Numbered from the stretch's first letter, positions 35,358 through 50,209 are shown. The stretch: 64,000 nt of DNA from Octopus vulgaris (GCA_951406725.2 OX597814.1:121024001-121088000), one strand, 5' to 3'. Made by a program: numbers and translations. The notes: generated by a model from the letters alone, not told the origin.

Positions 35358-36059
35358 CATATATGAACCGGATCCTTGAAACACATACCATCATTAAAAG
35401 TAAACGGCAACCAAAATCCTTGAAAAGGATTTTAACCCAAGCTACACTGCACTCAACATCAACCACAAAACCAGCAGTTAGAAAATGTGGAAGGCCCACC
35501 CTCGGAATCTGTGTCATCTTGAAAGAAGGATCAGAATTTATACTGGAACAAGGCCACCAGTTCACCATTAGAACAAACTTCACCTGCGCATCAGAAAACT
35601 TAATTTACGTCATAACATGCGCAGGCTGCAATAGGCAGTATATAGGCCATACAAAAAATAGCTTACGTAACAGGATGGCGGTGCATAAATCACAAATTAG
35701 AAACCCTGATTACCGCAAAATACCGGTCAGCGGACACATAGATAGATGTGCTGGAAATGTAAATCCGAACTTTACAACTAACCCGCTCTATAAATTCAGT
35801 GACAACGCAACCTTCACACAACGCCAAAATAAAGAACTATATTTCATAAAAAAATTTAGACCAAGTTTAAACACCCTGGGCCAGGAATACTAAAACAAAA
35901 GATAAGTCCTCCGAAAAGGAGAAGCAAAATTCCACCACGACCGCTACTTTAAACAGACACTCGCTCTGACGGAAATATGCCTTAGTAAAAAAAGGAAAAA
36001 AATTCTTTCGTGCAAATCTGACCCTGATACATACGATACAGCTAAGGGTCAGACCCGAT

Positions 36060-36490
36060 TCTGATTGGTCAACAAGTTGATGACGTCTAGCTCTGCTAGA
36101 ATGGACAGGATACAAACAGAGGACAGTCATTAGTCAGAATATTGATGACGTCCTTTTCTGCTTGACTAGTCACCTAACAAGTACAGACAGGGGGCAGATC
36201 TAATGTAGCTATAAGTCGTGATTGGGCAGAATCTTGACTAACGAAGCGACTGGTCAAAACAGGAAACAAACAAGAGGCAGTTATAATGCAGCGATTGGTC
36301 AACATGATGATGACGTCCCGTTCTGCTTGACTAAAGCCACCTAACGAAACGATTGGTCAAAACGTTGATGACGTCACGCTACGCTGGATTGACCACCTAA
36401 CAGGCATTATAAAACCGAGCACTTTACAAAACTCACTAGAACCACCCAGCGAACATCCACCATGGGTCATCACAATTGCTTAAGGTAAAA
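36060..36490 (+). promoter_or_regulatory. Candidate Pol II promoter in the PLE pLTR
   Basis: Repeated ATTGG (CCAAT) plus TGACGTC modules, perfect CRE at 36369-36376, TATAAAA at 36408, TCACT initiator at ~36433, CCACCATGG at 36457-36465, AAG|GTAAAA at 36484/5. Confidence 0.6.
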
Positions 36491-36748
36491 ATGAATTCCT
36501 CGCTCTTTCGGAAACATCAATCTTCTGTATTGACCGCTTTCCACCACTTTGATCTGTTTTTTGTATTGAATACGTATCGCCACCGTGGGCCACTGCATCG
36601 AACACTTTGAACATATAGTATGAATGAACTTACTTCAAACTATATATCAACTATACATGAACTCTAAGATGTCTGACTCCGTTGTGTATTATAAATGAAT
36701 TTCTTGTGTTTGACGGCATGAGCTGTCTTTTTTTATATATAACTTTTT

Positions 36749-36783
36749 TTGATAAGGTTCATTTCAGGAACTGAAACATGTTA
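36749..36783 (+). ncRNA. Hammerhead-like motif with U3-A8 core in the PLE 3' end (stem I weak)
   Basis: TTGATAA-GGTTC ATTTCAG GAACT-GAAAC AT GTT. Confidence 0.5.
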
Positions 36784-36844
36784 TAATGTATATATAAAAA
36801 TTAAAAATTGTATAATACAGCAGCATTTTCGAACTTCATTTTTT

Positions 36845-36893
<49 letters not shown>

Positions 36894-36898
36894 TATAT

Positions 36899-36937
<39 letters not shown>

Positions 36938-36940
36938 TAC

Positions 36941-36993
<53 letters not shown>

Positions 36994-37049
36994 TATATGT
37001 ATATATATATATATACACATACATATATATTTAGATAGATATTTTATTT

Positions 37050-37560
37050 AGAGCGTTTATAATAAAGTTTTCTTTTTTTTCGTATTACATATTTATCTTG
37101 GACATTGAGTAAAATTCTTTTAAGGATTAACATTTCCTCGAGTGTAGCTATTAGATACGGAATAGTTATAATGGTAATGCATTCATAGCAGAATTAGCAG
37201 TTGAGGCGTTTGTAAAAATACGGTTTCATTAGGAAGCTGTAAGTAAGTGCTTTAACTGTTGCTTTGGGAAACATTACGAAAATTCGAGAAATATTGCTGG
37301 AATTTCAAATTCGTAACAAATCTTTAGTGTTACATGGTGTTAACATTGATGATTATTGTTTTTCTTTTTTTTTTAACTTTGTGTCAGATCAGGGTGTGAG
37401 TATGTTATGTATTGTTATGGGAGATATTTCCTGTAAGGAGTACTGTCCGGACTGCTGTTGAGTGGCAGTGAGGTCGGGAGATTAGGCTCAGGTTTGCTTG
37501 TCGCAGGGCTTGCTATGTTTTCATGCGGAGTATGTTTTCCGTACACTGTCCTGCTTTATA
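37050..37560 (-). mobile_element. Degenerate PLE (Naiad-like) fragment
   Basis: Minus-strand remnants RIF..FPKATVK..YS and CP..IC.TK...I..A resemble the region preceding the GIY-YIG domain. Confidence 0.35.
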
Positions 37561-37565
37561 TATTT

Positions 37566-37629
<64 letters not shown>

Positions 37630-39039
37630 ATATATATGTTCATGCCCGTTTCCCTTTCTGTTCTTTATTTAATATGTACGTTTAGCGTTCCTCACATGCT
37701 GTTCGTTATTTTTTCTTTAAGTGTCTTATGTTCTGAAAAAATTAGAGACTATTCCTTTGGATACATCTATCTTTTTCCTATTTCATTCATTTATATGTTT
37801 GTGAATTATTAATGTTCAATTTATATGTTTCATAAGTTCTGTTTTCTACGTTTAGTTGTTTTTTCAATGTTTTATATCTTTCAGTTTTACAATCTTCATA
37901 TTCCCTGTTATTTAGCTACGAATAACAGTCTTAATGTATTTCCTCTATCCTTTTGTATATTATATTTTATTTGTATGCTTGATAGCTGCAGTAATGTGAC
38001 GTTTTATGTTGAGGGTTTCGTGATTATATTTTTACTTTGTTGCCATAAGCAGGTGTTGACTTAATGGATAAGTTTGGCCACGTTTTCTTCTCTACTATTC
38101 CGAAGCAGCTGGATACATTATAATGCAACAATGATGAATCATCCAGGTGATTTTTTTTTTCATACATAGAAATATGAGCAGTATATTTCTTACCATTCAG
38201 TTGAACTTTATTTAATGCCTCCATAAATGTTAACTGTGCACATTTAACAATACTACACTCCAATACTTGGAGCTCCTCTCTTATCTTCCCATATTCTTTC
38301 ACGCATTCCTTCCATCTCCACAGTTTCTCATTTTCATTTTCATTTTCTCTCTCTTACCACATATTGTTATTCTTTTTCTTTTGGTCTTTCTTCCTCGCCA
38401 AACTCACGTACTGTCATTATGATCCATATTATATCACTATATCCCTCCCTAATAATACAACCTCCAAATCCATTTGTACATTAATCCTGCAATGTAAATA
38501 GACTTCTTAAATTTAGTGTCAATTCTTATTGTCTAACTTTACTTGTCATTCAACTTCATCTAAAAAAATTATAAGATTCTTTAAAATATCTTTGGACGTC
38601 TCTAGGGAGTTACTTAACATAAGAGCAACCCCCCCCCCCCCAAAAAAAAAACCCCAAGGACTAAAGGGCGAGATGGATTTGTTGATGAATTAAACTAAAA
38701 AGAATACAAACATAACTGCAATCACTCACTTCAACACTTGTAATCCAACACGAGTTGTGGATGAAATCAAAGCAACCAGCAACTAGAAGTCATACTTTCA
38801 TCTTCCGAAAATATAGTAATCCTCTTGCTTCCTACTCCACATTTCATATTCAATTCTTTTTATTGCTATATTCATTTTTATTTTAAACATTCTTGGTTGT
38901 TTCGATTCATATTAAAAAGGATTTTTTCCACCTCTTTAACATCCCTTAACTTCAAATATTACTTATTTACTTGACTCCTCTTTTCATCAAATTTTCCTAT
39001 GGTTACGTAATGTATTTTAATCTACTTGTCCATCTCTTT

Positions 39040-39075
<36 letters not shown>

Positions 39076-39125
39076 ACTATCTCTCTACCTACTTATCTAT
39101 TTCTCTCTCTCGTTCCTATTATATG

Positions 39126-39224
<99 letters not shown>

Positions 39225-39719
39225 CGTATATGTATGTATGCATATATATGTATATACATGTATATACATGTATAACTTTTGAATTTTCCCCAGTTATAAA
39301 ACTTTAAGCAGCACGTTAGCGAAGAAGCATATTTTATCGCAAAATATAAACCTCCTTTGAATACTATCACAACAGATGGAACTACAACAAGAATTTAGAA
39401 CAATTCCACCCACTACTGCTACGGCCACAACAGCTCACTTTTAGATCATATTTGACCATTAAAGAAGTTTCCACAAACAATCTAATGTGTTGTCTTTACT
39501 TGTGTTGTCTTTACTTGCATAATGCTTCTTCATGTCCGTTTTGTACTTCTTCCTTTCATTTTTCTCTTTCCCTGCCTTCCTCATTCCTAACTGACACTAG
39601 GAAGGTTACCTTACTTTGGTCTAGGTATCTCATTGGGCTCTCGAGTTCGATACGCACGCAATCTTCCATACTTCTCAGTTCTCTTACACCATTTGCTATT
39701 TTCGCGTGTAGGTGAACAG

Positions 39720-40102
<383 letters not shown>

Positions 40103-40295
40103 TCTCTTTATCACAGGTTTTGTTAGAGCTCCTGCAAGCTTACTTGTGTAGTGAACTTGCTATCTGTAGCCTACAGTACCATGCTATCCATTTTTTCATC
40201 TATCTAATACTTTGCATCGATTCTTTCCAGCTATCATCATCATCCTCATCATCATCATCATCATCATCATCATCACCATCATCATCGTCGTCATC

Positions 40296-40630
40296 ATTAT
40301 TACTTCCGCCTTAGCGACGGCAGAGGTATCATTTTCAGTCGTATTTGTCCGTGTACAAGATATCTGAAGAACAGCTGGATAGATTCGGATGAAACTTTCA
40401 TGGGTGTTTGGCCTCGTGACTGGCACGAACTGATTAGATTTTGTGATCGATACGGCATCGGACGAGGATCTAGATAGTTTTTCCGGTTTTTTTATTAAAT
40501 TTTGAGATTTGTCGGGTTCATTTTTAGTATTCCCGTTTGTGCGAGCAATCGAGTTTATTTCCTATATTCTCGTTTTAACAATCATATCTGGCTAATAGTT
40601 CAAATGACGTTGGTGTTGCCTTGGCAGATG
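40296..40630 (+). mobile_element. Non-autonomous DNA element (Crypton-like)
   Basis: TTATTACTTCCGCCTTAGCGACGGCAGAGGTAT...CCTTGGCAGATGTTT. Second copy at 31820-32118. Confidence 0.5.
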
Positions 40631-40674
40631 TTTTGTGATCTTGTTATTACTACTATTATTATTCAGTAGTTTTA

Positions 40675-41240
40675 TTTTTATAGCGTGCTTTCACTTCACT
40701 ACCGAGCGCAGCTCTGTGTGACTTGGATATGTGCTGTGATTTGTTGTGATGCTCTGATGGTTACTGTATTGAAAGTGTTTTGCATAGGATATGTGCAGTG
40801 CCCAGTAGTGCAATTTTCTGTATGTTGTATATATTTGTAAATCCTGGTGTTTTTGCTATGTATTTGTCTGAATATTAGGTCCCAACTCTGTCGTGTCTGT
40901 GAATATATTCTTTCTTAGCCAGGACTGGGCAGCCAGAGATATGATTTATTGTTTCTTTTCCATCTCCACATATTTTGAAGTTACTTGTTATGTTTCTTTT
41001 CATTATGTTTTTGGTAATTACCAGTGGTGAGACTTTGGCCTCGTGCTGCAATTAAAAACCCCCCTCTGTCTCTGCTTTGAGTCTTGAACTTCTCTAATAT
41101 TGCTGGGATTTTTTTCTGTCTATTTGTGTTGCATTTAGTTTAGCCCAGTTTTTGACATGAAGGGGCTTTTCTTGCCATCGTTTTATCATGGACCGTTGCT
41201 GTTGAAGTTTTAGTTTCGGATTTCATTTGTTTTATAGCTT
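40675..41240 (-). mobile_element. Dong/R4 LINE 3' fragment (internally deleted)
   Basis: LKAETEGVLIAARGQ, HIISGCPVLAKKEYIHRHDRVG and IQKIALLGTAHILCK. Confidence 0.8.
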
Positions 41241-41255
41241 GTGTTGTTGTTGTTG

Positions 41256-41326
<71 letters not shown>

Positions 41327-41831
41327 ACCACATGATCCAAAATCACATAAAATTTCATATTTGAAATACGTATCTAGCTTTAGTAGAGCTTTTTTTTTTA
41401 CAGTTATTGGTAATTTATATCATTGCAATTTATTGATTTCATGCGATTAATCCTGGACGTTAGTAAATAGAATCAATACATTTCTTGAAAATTACCTTTA
41501 CACAGACGTATAATTACATAATTTTGTACGAACTATATTGACTATATTCACAATTATGAAAGGTAATAAAGAAATAAATACAAAGAATCGATTCTCCGTA
41601 GACAGATTTACAACTACGATAGGAACGTTTTTTTCACGATAAAAAAGCTTTCCATATGAAAAATTAATTATATTTGAAATGTCTAAAATATAAATTATAA
41701 GCTAAATTAATTACCATATAATACGATTAAGTGATTTATAGAAAAATTCGATATTATTTCGAAATTTAAGCGAAGAGGATGTTGTAATATATATATATAT
41801 ATACATATACAGACACCCATATATATAAATA

Positions 41832-41900
<69 letters not shown>

Positions 41901-42334
41901 TTCTATATATAATTGTTTTATAAATCTGGAATAATTAAATCACTGAAAATTGTAGCAAAATAATCCTTTCTGCTTTACGCACAGGGCCTGAACAATTCAG
42001 ATGGAATGGGCCTAGTTGATTTATCGCCCACTGTGCTTGACGGTATTTGAACTTTCAATACAAAGCTTTGTCGGGCGTACTATATCATGTTCTAAGCCTG
42101 CTATCTTAAAAATAATAACTACACATAGACACAAAACAGCATCAAAACAAAAATACTGCTTTTTGTTTTTAAGTAAGCCGACAAATGCAAACAAGACGGC
42201 ACCGTAGCTAACAACTATGAAAATAAAGAAGTAACAAAAGCTGTAAAAGAACTGAAAGGTAAACGAAAACTGGAACAGCAGCACATGATGAAACGGTAGC
42301 AAGAAAAGCCGCCACATGGGAAATTGTGTGCAAG

Positions 42335-43245
42335 CTAAACAGAAAAGCAATTCAAAAAGCAAAACCTCAACAATGGCTGAGAAGGTCAGGACTCAAAGCA
42401 GATACTGAAGGATTTTTATGTGCAGCACAGGATCAAAGTCTTCCCACCAGAAATCACCAAAATAATGTAATGAAAATAGATACAATTGCAGAATATGTGG
42501 TGATGGAAAAGACACAATAAATTTGTCTCTAGCTACCCATTTCTGACTGCGAAGGAATATATTCACAAACACGACAGAGTTGGGATGTATATACACTGGA
42601 AAATATGCCAACATTATGGAATAACAAAAGACAAATGATGGTATAGGTCACAGAAAATGAGAAAGCAACCATAATCTGTGATTGCTAGTACATACAGATA
42701 GAGAGATTAAGACCAATTGGCCGGATATAGATGTCAGAGCTCACCAGAAAAAATTGCTTTCTAATAATAATCGATGTATCAATAACAATAGATGACAACG
42801 TTTCTCTAAAAGAAACGGAGAAACATTGAAAATACAAACTTCTGAAAATAGAGATAGCTCCAATGTGGAGACTAAGTACAGAAACAATTCTTATTATAGT
42901 AAGTGCATTATGTATGATAAAAATACTTTCAAATAAATACATCGCAGAAACAGCAGTGTATATAATATACAGAAAATAGGACTACTAGGTACCGCATACA
43001 TCCTACGTAAAACACATTGAATAGTGAAAATAAGAGCACCACAACAAACCAGAGGACACACCCAAGGCACACAAAGCTACGCTTCATAGTGCAGTAATAA
43101 CACTACTAGGCACTACACACATCTTACGCAAAACACTTTGAATATAGTAAAAATGAGCGCACCGCAACAACAGACCACAGAATATTCTCAAAGCTGCGCT
43201 CGGTAGTGCAGTTAAAGCACGTGGTAAAAATAAGATATCTGTATC
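42335..43245 (+). mobile_element. Dong/R4 LINE 3' fragment with duplicated 3' end
   Basis: WLRRSGLKADTEGFLCAAQDQSLPTRN and KEYIHKHDRVG.YIHWKIC. Followed by (TAA)n at 43260-43470. Confidence 0.85.
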
Positions 43246-43292
43246 ATGATAATTTTAATAAAATAATAATGATAATAATAATAATAATGTTG

Positions 43293-43384
<92 letters not shown>

Positions 43385-43403
43385 GATAATAATAATGTTA
43401 ATG

Positions 43404-43471
<68 letters not shown>

Positions 43472-43477
43472 CTTAAC

Positions 43478-43735
43478 TGATTGGAAGTGTTATCACGTAC
43501 ATTGTTTTGTCTTGGTATCAAAGATGGGCTACAGCAAATATTCTGCTCAATACCACAGATTTGCTTGTCAGTTGTTTGACCTTAACCAGTTGAGCATGTC
43601 CGAAAGTGGCATATTCCTTCTGATCGCGAGCAGAAGTAGTGGGGGAGCATCATAGTCATGTGTTGAGAGGGATTCTTTCAGGTTTGAACAATTCATATCT
43701 GGAAACATGGGTGTTTCGTTCAACATCTTTAAACA
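43478..43735. mobile_element. Probable SINE fragment
   Basis: Resembles a common octopus interspersed repeat (recognised from memory). No head boxes identified. Confidence 0.35.
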
Positions 43736-43741
43736 AACCGA

Positions 43742-44325
43742 ATGCCCGAAACTGGCAGAGCGCGAACACCCAAGGTGCCATGATAATGTGGCAAGAGTGA
43801 TCCATTGGAAGCTCTATCGATATCACGGTCTACAAAGAGCAAAGATGTGGTATGGGTAAACTCCTGAAAGAGTCACCGAAAATGAGAATTGTAAAATCCT
43901 GTGGGATGCATTGATCCAGGGCGATCACCTGAACAAACAACGGAAACCTGACATTGTTGTGGTGAATAAAAAAAAGCAAGAACATGTATCGTAATCTACA
44001 TAGCATGCCCCGGTGACAACAAGATCAATGAGAACGAAGAAAAAATAAACAACTATGACGATTTAAAGTGGTAAATACAAATGTTGGGGAAAATGAAGAG
44101 AGTAGATGTAATTGGTTCACTCGGAGGCACTCAACTACCAACATGGCTGAAAAAGAACGGTGCAAATGTAAAGGTAGAACACCTAGAAAAATCACCATTG
44201 CATGGCACTGCAAGGATTATTCGCAGGGTTCTTGGAGCATGACCAGTAAATATGTATCACCTTAGACCGCTGGCTGTGGACAGCTGACACTTTCCATCAT
44301 ACCCAGCAAAATATGCTGTGAGTTT
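43742..44325 (+). mobile_element. Dong/R4 LINE 3' fragment
   Basis: ECPKLA...HDNVARVIHWKL, ENENCKILWD and RKPDIVVV. Confidence 0.8.
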
Positions 44326-44359
44326 TCATAAACTACCGCTGCTACTACAGTTACTACTT

Positions 44360-44462
<103 letters not shown>

Positions 44463-44554
44463 TAATGATGATGACGATGATGATAATGATGATGACGACG
44501 ACGACGATGATGATGATGATTATGATGATGATAAAGATCAGCTACTCATCAATA

Positions 44555-45850
44555 ATATGATTTTGGAAGATTGTCACAAACGACAGAAAAACTTATCGAT
44601 AGCCTGGATAGACTATAAAAAAGCTTTTGAAAATTACTACATAGATGGATTAAGAAATGTCTGGAACTGTATGAAATAGCACCTATTCTGCGAAACCCCT
44701 TGTCTATAAGTATGGGATCATTGAGAACCACACTAACTTTGAACAGTGACAATGAATCTCTTAATGCTGGAAATGTAAGAATTTCATGTGGCATTTTCCT
44801 GGGTGACTCTCTATCACCACTCCTCTTTTGTCTAGCCTTAATACCTAGGTCAAAATTGCTCGATATTGTACAATACGACTATAAAATGTTTGATAAAAAT
44901 ATAAATCACCACATTTACATGGATGATTTAAAGATCTTTGCAAAAAATTACCAACAATTGTTAAGTAGTTCAGTAATGACAACAGGATGAAATTTGACCT
45001 CTATAAGTGTTCAGGAGCTACCTTTATCAAAGGGAAAATGGCAGAAACATCCTATTTTAATCTTGAACGGCAGAATGTCATAAAGGAGTTAGAACCAGCG
45101 GAGAACTACAAATACCTAGGGGTATTTGAAGGGGACGGAATCAAATATTCAATTATGAGGGAAAGGATTAGACGAGAATTTTATCACAGGGTAAGGGCAA
45201 TAGTCAAGACAGAGTTGAATGCAAAAAACAGGATGAAGGCGATCAATATTTTAGCCATACCAGTCGTGACTTATAGTTTCAATATCATTAACTGGTTAAT
45301 TTCTGAAATATATAATCTTGACAGAAGAAATACGAAACTTTTTGACAATGCACAGAATGCACCACACTAAGGCAGATATAGAACGACTTTATCTGCAAAG
45401 AAAAGAGGGAAACCGTGGATTTACAACTGGAATTAACAATGAAGATTGCCACAATTGGCCTTGACACATACTTGAAAACATTCTGATGACTGGAAGTTAA
45501 AACTTGTCTCAAAACGTGAAAACAAGAAAGCATCATACTCAGTAAAAGAACAAGCAAAGGAATATCTAACTGAATTCCAAATACAAATTCTGGAATTAGA
45601 CGTACTAGAAACAAGCACAGAAAAAGCTAAGCGTATGAAAACCCGTGCTAAAACTGCTGCCTTAGCTATTCTTACATATAAATAGCAAGAAGAACCCTTC
45701 AATAGCAAATACCCAAAACTAGCTAATGGTGCCGATATTGACAAAGCCCTTACTCATCAATGGTTAGTGTCTTCTGGCTTAAAATCAGAAATAGAAGAGC
45801 TTATCATAGCAGCCCAAGATCAATTCCTACCTACAAGAAACTACCAGTAA
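44555..45850 (+). mobile_element. Dong/R4 LINE RT fragment
   Basis: AWIDYKKAF, GIFLGDSLSPLLFCLAL, YMDDLK, YKYLGV and ELNAKNRMKAIN. Confidence 0.9.
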
Positions 45851-46055
45851 CTGGGAGTAACTGGGAGTGGTGGACCGAGCTATTCTTTGTATCATTCTGT
45901 AAAGCACATCGTTACAGTTACTCCAGTACACTTACCCCATATTTAGTATCAGACGAGCCTTCATGCAGCCAACACTCTCAACAGAGTATACGTCACCATA
46001 TATATAAACAGACGGAGAGAGAGAGAGAGAGATAAGTAGATAGATAGACAAATAA

Positions 46056-46123
<68 letters not shown>

Positions 46124-46740
46124 TATTTGTTTTCATATTAGCATAAAAAAAACTTTGCATTTAAATTATACAATACTTTATAATTTTTGATATATAAATT
46201 TAAAAATTTATAATTTTTTAACGACAACAGTATTTCCAGTGACATAACTTTTTCGTCCAACTGTGGCAGATTTTCGTTTATTTTGGATTTATATAGTCTC
46301 TTCTTAGTTGAAATTTTCTAAGTTATGCTGAGTCCTGCCGAACGATAATTGGATTGCGTAGTAGGCTGTGATGACAAGTTCTTGTGGGAATTTTTATTCA
46401 TTAAGTTTGAGGTTGTGTTACTATTTAAAATTTATACACGCATGTGAAACTTTGTAATTAGATGTGTGTAATTAGGGGTGTCATCTTCAGGTGAAAGTGG
46501 TTCACGAAAAATGTAGTTAGGTTACATGTAAACATAAAATAGCTCAACGAATACCTTCCCCCATTTGCGCCTTCACTATAAACTACTTTGATATTGTACA
46601 TAACCATTGATAATACAGATTTACACTAAACACATCCTGCAGAATTGATTTCCCGAATTCCTCAATAAAATTTTCCCACGTTACAAACACGCGCATATGT
46701 ATACAAGAATGATAGAGGAATAACAACTTGACAATGAATT

Positions 46741-46966
46741 ACTCTCTTTACTCTTTTTACTCATTTACTTGTTTCAGTCATTTGACTGCGGCCATGCTGG
46801 AGCACCGCCTTTAGTCGAGCAAATCGACCCCGGGACTTATTCTTTGTAAGCCCAGTACTTATTCTATCGGTTTCTTTTGCCGAACCGCTAAGTGACGGGG
46901 ACGTAAACACACCAGCATCGGTTGTCAAGCAATGCTAAGGGGACAAACACAGACACACAAACATAT

Positions 46967-47021
<55 letters not shown>

Positions 47022-47181
47022 TACGACAGGCTTCTTTCAGTTTCCGTCTACGAAATCCACTCACAAGGCATTGGTCGGCCCGGGGCTATAGCAGAAGACA
47101 CTTGCCCAAGATGCCACGCAGTGGGACTGAACCCGGAACCATGTGGTTGGTTAGCAAGCTACTTACCACACAGCCACTCCT
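46741..47181 (-). mobile_element. Full-length tRNA-derived SINE with internal microsatellite
   Basis: Head AGGAGTGGCTGTGTGGTAAG...GGGTTCAGTCCC and tail ...GACTGAAACAAGTAAA(GAGTAAA)n. Confidence 0.9.
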
Positions 47182-47303
47182 TTCTTTTTATTTTTCCTTT
47201 TTGCATATTTTATAAGTCCAAATAATATATTAGAAAATAACCGAGTTTGAATCCCATTGAAAAGACTTATATAATATAATCTACAGTTTTCACCTACATA
47301 CAC

Positions 47304-47500
47304 TTTTACTCTTTTACTTGTTTCAGTCATTTGATTGTAGCCATGCTGTAACATCACCTTTAGTCTTGCAAATAGACCCCAGGACTTATTCTTTGTAAGC
47401 CTTGTACTTATTCTATCGGTCTCTTTTTCCTAACCGTTAAGTTACGAGGAAGTAAACATACCAGCATCGGTTGTCAAGCGATGTTGGTAGGACAAACACA

Positions 47501-47582
<82 letters not shown>

Positions 47583-47727
47583 CACGACGGGCTTCTTTCA
47601 GTTTCCGTCTACCAAATCCACAAAGCTATATAGTAGAAGAAACTTGCCCAAAGTGCCACTCAGTGGGACTGAACTCGGAACGATGTGGTTGGTAAGCAAG
47701 CTACTTACCTCACAGCCACTCCTACGC
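47304..47727 (-). mobile_element. Second, more diverged copy of the same SINE
   Basis: Aligns end to end with 46741-47181. Confidence 0.9.
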
Positions 47728-48558
47728 CATCGAAAAGTAGTATATAATATATAATCTACAGTTTTCACCTACACAAACACAAAATTTTAAATTTCTATAT
47801 AGTAAGCAAATAATATCCAGAACGAGGCTCCCCTGGAGACAGATATGGTGACTAAAAGCATTTCCACCTTACTACATTCTATTGTGATCATTAAGCAATT
47901 TTCCACATTAATAATACTTTTTCATACGTAAGTAATAACCAGGAGCATCCCAATACAAATCGTTGCTAGATCCTAATTAATGATAGCCTACCGATAAACT
48001 AAAACTCAACACCTATTTACCCTTAAAATCTCCATTACTTAAAAGCTGACATACCACCAACAACTAATTATATAGCTTCAAATACTAAACTGAGCTCTGA
48101 AATTTAACCTTCACAATCTCAACAATAAAGGTTAAATGCCCCATTAATACTCACATAAAATCAACAACGAAACCGAGTAACATACATCTAACTGCATTTT
48201 TTTGTGATCACCTCTGTCCTGAAGATGACACACGTAAATATACACGCCTGCTTACAAATTTCTGCATGCATGAATAAATTCTAAACATTCACACTATCCC
48301 AAATTTAGTCAATAAATATTCTCCATAACACCTTGGCAACACTATCTACCATGTAACCTACTTATAATTAAAAAATATTTCAGCTTACTGTAGATACACA
48401 CAGACTATATAAATCCAAAATGAACTCAAATGAAACAGGACTAATGAAACAGGCTATATAAGTCTAAAATGAACACAATCGAAACTTCGAAGTCGCTGTC
48501 AATATTATTTGCTAAAGAATAATAAATGTATATCAACATACACACAACCGTGTGTGTA

Positions 48559-48611
<53 letters not shown>

Positions 48612-48799
48612 AAGAGGTAGCAAGCACTTACGTATATAGACAAATGTGTAGAACTATAGTTAAGTATGTAGGTCGGTCGGTCGGTAGGGAGGTAGGGAGG
48701 TAGGTAGGGAGGTTGGTAGGTAGGTAGGTAGATAAGTTAGTAGGAGGGTAGGCAGACAAAAGAGAGACAAGAATAATATAGAGATGTGACGGAGTAATA

Positions 48800-50047
48800 T
48801 ATCAGATTGACTAAAAGTAAGCAACATTCTGAACCATGAAGAATTTGTACCGGATATTTGCAAAGTTTTGAACTTTTATACATTTTTTGGCAATTTTCTG
48901 ATAATGCAGACAAAGACTTACCTAAATGCAATAATAAATTAACATTTATGACTTTTCATTGATGTTATAATCAACTGAGATGGAACTGTCAAAAAGCGAT
49001 ATTCGAGCAATTTTGCTATTCCACTGCAGAAAATGACGTAAAGGAGCTGAAACTAACGCGATATCAACGAGACGTTTGGTGACGAAATGCCCAATGAATG
49101 GTTAGCTCGAAAATGGTTTAAATGCTTTTGCAGTGGAGACCTGAGCCTTGAAGATCGTGAGCGAAGTGGACTGCCTCCTGTCATCGATGACGGTCAATTG
49201 AAGACCGTCATTGAGAAAGATCAACGTAAAATCGAGAGCTGGCAAAAGATCTTCAGGTTAGCCAGAAAACTCCTTGAAAACATTTGCATACGATTGGAAA
49301 AAGGGATAAGGAAAAGCAGAACATGTGCAGATATGAAATTTGCTCGTCGCTTCTTCTCCGTAAACAGACCGATCCATTTCTTGACCGTATTGTGACTTGC
49401 GATGAACAGTGGATTCTATACAATAATTTAAAAAAGCGTTATTCACAGAGGTTGGAACAAAATGAAGCACCAAAAACCTTCCATAAACACGAACGCTTCA
49501 AAAGGAAGATTAATTAATGTGGTAGTGTACTGTTGGACTCATCCACTATAACTTCTTCAAACCCAGAAAAATCATTACTGCAGAAACATTGCCACGAAAT
49601 TGCTAAAATGAACGGAAAACTGCTACTCCTCCGTCCCATAATGGTTAACAGAAGAGAGTCAATCAATTGTAATGGCAATGCTCGACCACACGTCTCACTA
49701 ATGACGCTCCAGAAATTAAGGAAACTTGGCATCGAAGTTCTTCCCTACCCCACTTATTCGCCAGACCTTTCACCTACCGACTACAACTTTTTTTAATCAC
49801 CTTGATGGTTTCCTGCAAGATAAGAGCTTAAAAATCGAACCGATGCTGAAAGTGCGTTTAAAGAGTTCCTGTGCTCCAGAACTCCAGATTTTTATGCTAC
49901 CGGAATAAACAAATGTGTAACTAGTTGGCAAAAAATATGTTGATTGTAATGATACCTCCTTTGATGAATAAAATGTCCGCATTGTTGAAATATATTGTGT
50001 TGAATTTCATGTTTCAAAACGTTGCTTACTTTTTACTCAGCCTGATA
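48800..50047 (+). mobile_element. Near full-length decayed mariner transposon (~1.25 kb)
   Basis: TIRs TATCAGATTGACTAAAAGTAAGCAAC and GTTGCTTACTTTTTACTCAGCCTGATA. Motifs RIVTCDEQWILYNN, GNARPH and YSPDLSPTDY. Confidence 0.92.
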
Positions 50048-50209
50048 ATACCAAGTTTAATAACGTCTAGCATGATCTGTTGCAACATGCTGGGTTTATA
50101 TTTTATAGCAGTCTGATCAATGTAACTTGTAACGGAATGGGTGCATAAGCCAGTTAACACTGGCTTATATACCCCTTCCTTTCTGTAATTCCCTACCGAG
50201 CGTGTAACA

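Larger units (their letters stand above)
35362..36850 (+). mobile_element. 5'-truncated Penelope-like element: GIY-YIG endonuclease plus long 3' region/pLTR
   Basis: [51 protein letters not shown] and [13 protein letters not shown] up to the stop at 35893. Both ends lie in (TA)n. Confidence 0.9.

Noticed and set aside
34901-35893. 330-aa ORF as a real fusion protein
   Set aside because: Accidental read-through of the hairpin and TA tract into the PLE GIY-YIG fragment.
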